Source: Dudresnaya verticillata
Taxonomy: Eukaryota
Direction of reading: 5' to 3'
Length of the DNA: 64,000 nucleotides
Assembly (NCBI GenBank): GCA_977862235.1
Contig: OZ374563.1
Location: 186,001-250,000, forward strand
How positions within the stretch are numbered: position 1 is the stretch's first letter; the number at the start of each line of letters is the position of its first letter. Below are positions 56,954 to 64,000 of this stretch, one piece after another. A program made the translations under genes and the position numbers. The notes below the pieces were generated by a model. That model made no database searches. It was not told the origin of the DNA and worked only from the letters and a program-made list of their open reading frames with translations.

Positions 56954-58333
56954 ATGTCCACCTCAACCTCCCCACCCCCACAGCTGTCCCGCCGCGACCT
57001 CTCCAAGACCGTCTCCGCGACGAAGAACCTGCGCGCCATCTCCATGTCGCTGGTGCGCAAGGTGCAAACGCACCCAGGCATGTCCTCCACCGACGTCGCC
57101 AACGCCCTCGCGCGAGAGGCCGTCCGTGACGTGCTGCGCGTCGTCAACCCGGTCTCGCCGACCGACCTTCACGCCATCGAGAAGAACATCCGCCGCCGCT
57201 TGTACGACTCGCTCAAGGTCCTCATCTCCGTCGGTGCCATCACCCGCAACCCCTCCACCAAGCACCTGCTTTGGCGTGGCATCTCGCACCTCCTCCCGCC
57301 ATCCTACCAACCCCATCCGCGCGCGCGCAACGCAGCCGCCGTCCGTGTCGCGCTCGAGGCCGTCCGCGTGCGGCTCGGAAAGAAGACAGACTTGGCTGCC
57401 GGCCTGCGCAACCAAACCGCCGCAATGACAATGCTGTGTCGAAGGAACGACACCTGCCCCGCCCCGCGCGCGCTCCGCATTCACCTTCCGTTTGTGGTCA
57501 TTCGCACCCCGGCCAACACTGACATAACACTGGACGCCACTCCGGACGCGCAGAGGATTGCCTTTGAGTTTAGCGGGTACTATGAAATTGTGAATGACTC
57601 ATCCATTCTAGACCGTCTATTTGTCGTCAAAGACCGGCCGGCGTCGCGCGGAAGGCCCGTTCCGGTGGCCGCGCCAAGACCACGGCCTCCCGCCATTGCT
57701 CCACCGCCACCGCTGGCAGAAGACCCCTCTCCAGGCTACGACTTTAGCTCACCAAAGCGTCGGCGTATCGCGTCGCGGTCGCCTTTTGCAAAGTACACTT
57801 CTGGTGCAAAGCCGCCACCCTCTCCAGCTGCCCCACATCGGCGCAAACGTATTACGCTGCCGACGCCACCGTCATCTTCGCCGGAAAACGCGGGATTGGA
57901 GTACAATTCTCCACTCAAGGCTAGTCTACGTGCGTTGGCGGAGCCTTCTGTGGACTCGCCGGTGCGGCACAACACCAGGGTGGCGAGGAGCTTATTCCGA
58001 AGCGTAACGGGGTCACCGGGAGCGGCGGGTTCATCTATGCCGGTACGGAAACGTCGTTCCGAGTATGGTTTGATTGGATCAGAAAGTTCAAAGAGCGGTC
58101 GTGTACAGGACAATGACGCAGAAGGGCTTAGCCCGCAGGTGACGAGGGGGTTTGGGAAGAGATTGTATGGGCCAGGGTCTTCATCTTCTTTGAGAGATGG
58201 TAGGCAAAAGGGGTCTCCGGATGTGGCGAAGGGGGTTGTAGACTTGGGTGGTGGAGTATATTCGGGGAAGGCGGGAGATGGCGAAGCGCTGGCAAACGAG
58301 TTTTTGCTGTCGCCAGGGGTTTCGCCAATGTAG
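56954..58333 (+). CDS. E2F/DP family, DP-like transcription factor
   Basis: KNLRAIS..VANAL..KNIRRRLYDSLKVLISVGAI..LLWRG, followed by IHLPFVVIRT..FEFSGYYEIVND. Confidence 0.85.
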   Translation: MSTSTSPPPQLSRRDLSKTVSATKNLRAISMSLVRKVQTHPGMSSTDVANALAREAVRDVLRVVNPVSPTDLHAIEKNIRRRLYDSLKVLISVGAITRNPSTKHLLWRGISHLLPPSYQPHPRARNAAAVRVALEAVRVRLGKKTDLAAGLRNQTAAMTMLCRRNDTCPAPRALRIHLPFVVIRTPANTDITLDATPDAQRIAFEFSGYYEIVNDSSILDRLFVVKDRPASRGRPVPVAAPRPRPPAIAPPPPLAEDPSPGYDFSSPKRRRIASRSPFAKYTSGAKPPPSPAAPHRRKRITLPTPPSSSPENAGLEYNSPLKASLRALAEPSVDSPVRHNTRVARSLFRSVTGSPGAAGSSMPVRKRRSEYGLIGSESSKSGRVQDNDAEGLSPQVTRGFGKRLYGPGSSSSLRDGRQKGSPDVAKGVVDLGGGVYSGKAGDGEALANEFLLSPGVSPM

Positions 58334-59789
58334 ATGTGCAACACAGCGAGGCATGTTGGGCGGCGGTTGGTTGGCGTATCTGATGTAAGTTGTGAAGAGG
58401 GCGGGGGCTGTAGTGTGTTAACAAACAGGTGATGCGGTTTACGTGAAGGGAATTGAGAGTGGTGCAGGTACGGTGCAGGTACGGTAGGTTTGTGAGCAGT
58501 GTGGTTGGTTGACGACGGTTGAGCGGCACGCAAGCGGGTAATTTATGTTATCGGCTGCAGGCGCACGGAGCATGGGCACTCGCACAGTGTGGTGGGAGGC
58601 GGAAGCACACTAGACACAGTGTGTGTTTTTTGGAAGCAGTTGTGATGATGCGGAAGCGTGATTGATGAGGTTGAGATGAAGGTTTTTGTGAGTGAATTTT
58701 GGTGACAAGAGATGGTACTCGCAGTAAACATGGTGCGTTGTTGCTGTGGATGAAGGCAGGCAGGCACCTGGTGGCTCAGCAGCACGACATGGCAGGCAGC
58801 AGAACATGATGGTGGGGTTTTGGGCGGTGGTGTCGCAGCGGGGGGAACAGGCACACGCGGACGCAACGGGATTTGCAGGTTGCAGGTTGTAGCAAGTGCA
58901 GCAGCTATTGGAAATGTAGTAGGAAGGAAGTGTTTTGGTCCTTTGTGCCGTGATGAGATGCCGCGGGTGCAATGCAAGGGTAGGTTTCGGCGACTGGCAA
59001 CGACCACCACGCCACGACGCGGTGGTCTTTGGCCGAGGCAGATGCAGGCATGGTGGAGAAGTGCAACCGTTGTTTTAAACGCAATGGCAGGGCGGTGGTG
59101 GAGCGCAAGTGCGGCTGTGGTACAGTTCAGGAAGAGTGCTGGACGTCGAGTTGGCGGCAACGATAAGCACGGTCATAGCTGATCAGCCTGCAGCTGCGCC
59201 GAGATATTATTTGCCAAATACAAAAAAGGGATAGTATCAGAGCTCCATCGCTGATGGCCGCACTGTCCACCTCACCGCCGCAGGCACTCTCCTGTTGGCC
59301 GTGTCCGACGCGCGACCATAACGACAGACGGCGCGGCGCGCCATGCCGCCGCGCCAAGTGGCGCGGCGCCGTTGGTTGGCGCCGCCGCCCGTTGGCTCCG
59401 TTTGAGATCATCTCTCTGGCGCCGCCTCCTGACACATTCGAGACGAGAGATACAGTATCACATGATACATAGAAAGATACCGCTCCTGCGTCCGCACGCA
59501 CAGCCTGCACACGCGCACGCGCACACGCACCCCGACTGCCCGCTGGCGAAGCGTACAAGTACCTTCTCCAACCAAATCAAATCTTCCGCGATAATTAGCA
59601 ACAGCGCACACCACAACAGACCCCGTTGTTCACCGCTACGCTCCTCTGTTGCATCCGCCTGTTGCATCCATACCGAGACTCTTAAAAGTCACCCCGCACC
59701 CGATCCCCACCGCAACCCGACCCCCCCCACCGTCAAACACCAACCCACCCCTCCCCCTCCCCGCCCACGCCCCGCCCCGCATCTCCACC

Positions 59790-61772
59790 ATGGCCGACAC
59801 CTCCCTCCAGGCCGGCCTCCGCCAGCGCAACCCGGTCCCCCCGCCGACCGCCACCACCACCACCACCGCCACGCGCACCGCTGCCTCCACGCCGCCCGCG
59901 CGCGCCGCCCCGGCCCCACCCAACCCGTTCTCGCTGCTCTCCATCCTCGGTTTCAACCGCGTCACCCCGACCCTGCCGGCCTCCGTGTCGCAGGCCGACC
60001 GCGACGCCCGCCAGCAGGAGCTGGACGCAAACCGCGCCCTGTACATCTACCAGTCCCCGCCCACCATCCCGGGTGTCGCCTTCATCCAGGGTCCCGTCGA
60101 CGCCCTCCCGCACGAGATCCCGTCGCGCGCCTGGGTCCTGCGCGCCGGCCTGGCTGGCGCCCGCGTTGTCTTCAACTTTTCCGAAAACCCCATCGTCGGC
60201 TTCTTCAAGGCAATCGCAGTCTTCATCCGCGCCATCTTCGTCGACCGCTCCAACGAAGCCGCCCTGGTTAACGCCCGCTCCACGTACAACGCCGGCGCAG
60301 ACACAGAAAAGGCAGAAAGGACCGTCATGCGCCGCTTTGAGAAGGCAAACGAGGCCGGATCCCAGTTTGAGGAGCGCAACCCCATCCTTGCGCCGTACCG
60401 CGCCCTCTACAACATCCTCCCGTACCCCAAGATTGCAGATATCTTCCTCGAGGACGACGTGTTTGAGCGCATGCGCGTCGCGGGCTTCAACCCCATGTCG
60501 CTCTTCCGCGTGCGAGATGCCACCGCCACCCCGTTCCCTGTCACGGACGAAGACCTCCCGCATCAGGGCGACACGCTCGCCGCCGCTGTCGCCGAAAACC
60601 GCCTATACGGAGTCGACTACTCGTTTCTGGCCAAGGTCAAGCAGACCAACACCGACGGAAAGTTTGCAGTCGTCACCAAGGGCCTCTTCGTCGTTCCCCC
60701 GGGAGGTGGCCTCCTGCAGTCGGTCGCCATTGAGATGGCCGGTCGCATCGTGCGTCCCACTCGCCTGGGACAGGAGGACGATTCCACCACGTGGGCCATC
60801 GCCAAAATGGCGCTCACCGTGTGCGACTCGATCCACCACGAGCTGATCGCCCATCTGGGGCGCACGCACCTGCTGGTCGAGCCGTTTGTCGCGGCCACAA
60901 TGAGGCAGTTGCCCAGCAAGCACCCGGTGCACGTGCTGATGCGTCCGCACTTTGAGGGTACGGTTTTCATCAACGACACGGCCAGCAAGGCGCTGGTGGC
61001 GCCCGGCGGCGACGTGGACCGGATCTTCGCCGGGGATATTGCGTCTGTGATGGCGTGGTGCGCGCAGGTGGTGATAAAGAATCCGTTCAACTCATCCATG
61101 CCCGACGTGGAGATGGAGGCACGCGGGCTGATGGACCCCGTGCTGTACATGCCGTACCGCGAGGACGCACTGGAGCACTTCAAGGTGATGAACGAGTGGG
61201 TGTACGACTTCCTGTCGCACTACTACAAGTCGGACGCGGACGTGGTCGGGGACGAGGAGCTGCAGATGTGGGTGGAGGAGCTGATGGACCCTGCGCGCGG
61301 GCGGCTGCGCGAGTTTGGAGACAAGGGGGACGGCAAGGTGTTGACGGTGCGCTACCTGGCCAGGGCCGTGGCGTTTGTGATCTTCTCCGGGTCTGTGCAG
61401 CACGCGGCGGTGAACTTTCCGCAGTACGACTACATGTCGTACCCGCCGTGCGCGCCGGCGGCGCTGTGGGCGAGCCTGCCCGACCACGACAAGCACGCCG
61501 ACCTGAACAAGTGGGCGGCCATGCTGACGCCGATGAAGACGGCTGTGGAGCAGGTGCAGATCCTCGGGGTGATCGGGACGCTGCGCCACACGCAGCTGGG
61601 CAACTATCGGCCGGGGCAGCTGCCGGGCGATAAGGCGATTTCGACGGCGCTGGCGGCGTACAAGAGCAAGTTGGGCAAGATTGACGCGCGCATCGAGGCG
61701 CGGGAGCGCGATGAGCGACTGCCGTACACGTTCATGCGGCCGAAGAATGTGCCGCAGAGCATCAACATCTGA
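59790..61772 (+). CDS. LOX: Lipoxygenase (no PLAT domain, prokaryote-like)
   Basis: WAIAK..HHELIAHLGRTHL, HPVHVLMRPH, QHAAVNFPQ and C-terminal PQSINI iron ligands. Confidence 0.95.
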   Translation: MADTSLQAGLRQRNPVPPPTATTTTTATRTAASTPPARAAPAPPNPFSLLSILGFNRVTPTLPASVSQADRDARQQELDANRALYIYQSPPTIPGVAFIQGPVDALPHEIPSRAWVLRAGLAGARVVFNFSENPIVGFFKAIAVFIRAIFVDRSNEAALVNARSTYNAGADTEKAERTVMRRFEKANEAGSQFEERNPILAPYRALYNILPYPKIADIFLEDDVFERMRVAGFNPMSLFRVRDATATPFPVTDEDLPHQGDTLAAAVAENRLYGVDYSFLAKVKQTNTDGKFAVVTKGLFVVPPGGGLLQSVAIEMAGRIVRPTRLGQEDDSTTWAIAKMALTVCDSIHHELIAHLGRTHLLVEPFVAATMRQLPSKHPVHVLMRPHFEGTVFINDTASKALVAPGGDVDRIFAGDIASVMAWCAQVVIKNPFNSSMPDVEMEARGLMDPVLYMPYREDALEHFKVMNEWVYDFLSHYYKSDADVVGDEELQMWVEELMDPARGRLREFGDKGDGKVLTVRYLARAVAFVIFSGSVQHAAVNFPQYDYMSYPPCAPAALWASLPDHDKHADLNKWAAMLTPMKTAVEQVQILGVIGTLRHTQLGNYRPGQLPGDKAISTALAAYKSKLGKIDARIEARERDERLPYTFMRPKNVPQSINI

Positions 61773-63233
61773 GCGGTTGTTTTCGATGTTATTGTAAAGG
61801 ACAGTTGTGATTTGCTCGTATTTATAAATTTTCGTTAAAAACGGAGCACTTTGGTTTTAAGGTAATTTTGACGAGTTTCGCTCCGGGTCGACACGTGGCG
61901 GGGTTGTTGCAGCTACAGCAGCAGCACAGTAGCGGCACAGTAGCAGCATGTGCGGCAGGCATTATAATGCTGTACACAACTGTAGGAGAGAGACTGTGGT
62001 TTTTGTCATTGTCATCGCTTGCCATATGCTCCGGCGGTACCTTCGAAGGTACCCCGCTGCTGCCTGCGAGGGTAGTCACAATTGTTTCTGCTTTGCATCT
62101 CTATAAAGATCGTTATAAACATGTCTATATTGTTCGACTAATCGCGTCGCGCATATGAACAAGGGCATGCACGCAGAGTACTCACAACACATAAAGTTTT
62201 ATATATACAGTACTGTATCGATAGGAATACCGGCCCAACAGACTCGGTCAAAAGCGTTAAACGCTCTACCCTACGAACATAGGGTACTGCGCTACGTCTT
62301 CGTCCACGTTTATTGCACGCAACAGGCTTTCCATTCGGAAAATGGAGAAATGAAGCAGACCACATTGAAAGCTTGCAGCGATATCTTGTTCGTAACTTGC
62401 CGCCTCTCTCAGGATTGCTCTGCCTGACATCCTTCAGGACTGTCCGTCGAGCGCATTGTTTCAAGTGGTGCACTTTTTGCGCGCAAAAACTTGGTTATGA
62501 CAAAAAACCAACTTGTACTACAGTCCGTTCGGAACTGCTTCTCGGGAAGCAAATCTGTTTTCGCGTTCTGCGAAGATTGTCCGCCTCTTCACATGCGGGA
62601 CACCTGCACCCTCGAGGGTATGCGCGGCCGCATTCAACACCTTGTGGTGGAAGACTACAGTATACCAACTACAAAATACAAAATATGCACACTGTACTGT
62701 ACCCCTTTAGGGGGCTGTCGGGCTCGTGACTACGGTCTTACGGTCTCAAGTCTGAGTCATGCAGCGCTGTATCCCATTCTTGTAACAAGGATCGCCTAAA
62801 ATCGCAAACGCCGACATCGTTGCGTGTACTGCATCGACTCCGCACCATGATTGCGGGGGGGCCCTTTCTCCATGCGCCCGTTGATCGACCAACACACCAA
62901 GTCGGATCGACTCCTGGCCTTCGCGTTGCGCCGCATTTGCTTCCTCTTCGCCTGTCCCGAGCAGCGTACGAAAACAATAGACTTTTTGACCACATCACCA
63001 TCATTCGATGCCGACAGAAAACCAAAGGAAAACAACCTACAGTCACTGTCACACTTGCAGATTGCTCTCTTCTCACACTACCACGCCCTGCAACAACTAT
63101 ATAAACCAACCAGCACCACAGAGCCGCATCCATCCATCTTCACATTCACCAACCTTTCCTCTCCCAGAAAAGCTCCAGCCAACCCTCATCGTTTCAGTCT
63201 TCCTTCACCTGTTACCAACCATAGTCTCTCACC

Positions 63234-64000
63234 ATGTCTAGCTCTGCGGAAACTGCAATGGACCTCATGCGCAAAATGGCAGCCAGCCAGGTCCCCTTGA
63301 CCCCTGCCATGGAACAACTCATGGCAGAGCTTGAAAATCTCGTTCAAAACCCCGTCATCGAGGCTGCTTTCAATGAAGCAGTTGCTCATGTGACTCCCAA
63401 CACCACCAGCGGCATGGAAAACCCATGGCAATCCTTCACCATTAACCACTTTGTTGAGTACTTCCGTCATTGGTTCACGTATTTGCCCCAACCGAAGGGT
63501 GGTCTGGGCTACATCGTTCCGTTCACCTGGTTCTACCTCAACAACACATCGGCATATTACTTCCTCAACACCCTCAAAACGAGAACGGGCCGTGCCAGAC
63601 AGCACACAAGAGAAATCTTCAACTGGACAGTTCGCTTCATCATGGAACGCGGCAATTTCATGGATTCTCCAGACTCTCTCAAGTACGTGGATGAGTGGAT
63701 TGCAGACCCGGCAACACAAATTGACCAGTTTGTAATCCCGAAGGGTGGATTCAAATCATTCAATGAGTTCTTTGTGCGTGAGTTGGACTATTCCAAGAAT
63801 CCCAGGCCGATCAATGAGCCTGACGACGACATGATCGTGACTGCAACTGCAGACACGATCCTGAACTTTATTCTTTCAGACCTGACGCTCAAGACGGAGA
63901 TGAACGTCAAGGGCCGCCAGCTCAACGTCCGTCAGCTTTTGCACCGGTCCAAGTATGCTGAAAAGTTCGTTGGCGGCACAGCCGTGTCCTGCGTTCTCAT
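63234..64000 (+). CDS. Phosphatidylserine decarboxylase-family protein (truncated by the window end; absent from the ORF track)
   Basis: Open frame from ATG 63234 reading ..GNFMDSPDS..GGFKSFNEFFVREL..RPI..IVTATAD..VKGRQLNVRQLL..FVGGTAVSCVL; TATATAAA near 63098. Confidence 0.8.
   Translation, partial: MSSSAETAMDLMRKMAASQVPLTPAMEQLMAELENLVQNPVIEAAFNEAVAHVTPNTTSGMENPWQSFTINHFVEYFRHWFTYLPQPKGGLGYIVPFTWFYLNNTSAYYFLNTLKTRTGRARQHTREIFNWTVRFIMERGNFMDSPDSLKYVDEWIADPATQIDQFVIPKGGFKSFNEFFVRELDYSKNPRPINEPDDDMIVTATADTILNFILSDLTLKTEMNVKGRQLNVRQLLHRSKYAEKFVGGTAVSCVL

Overview
Eukaryotic, intron-poor, gene-dense sequence, most consistent with a florideophyte red alga. This is inferred from M-x-AFV-type plastid transit peptides, short GT-AG introns with CTAAC/CTGAC branch points, a PLAT-less lipoxygenase and a fused HisHF. 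The window has two parts. (1) About 1-20 kb is a lower-GC mobile-element island with a degenerate CACTA/EnSpm(CMC)-like transposase, a degenerate KDZ (Kyakuja-Dileera-Zisupton) transposase with SWIM/CxC-like motifs, a Ulp1/C48 protease, a Pif1-like helicase and orphan ORFs. Positions 6.4-19.6 kb are studded with about 20 copies of a palindrome, GRGACGCAYGCGTCYC, inside and between genes. A ~540-bp inverted repeat pair enclosing a secreted Ser/Pro-rich gene follows. (2) About 26-64 kb holds host genes: SPRY protein, PNRC-motif protein, DDRGK1, HDAC, SmF, plastid TPI, HisHF, a GMC oxidoreductase pseudogene, ClpP, a dynamin-related protein, SURF2, two DP-like factors, an LPA3-like protein, lipoxygenase and a truncated PSD-like gene. 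It also holds a tRNA-Met gene that appears to carry two introns (37/38 and an ectopic T-loop 59/60). All calls are by-eye motif recognition; no database searches were run.
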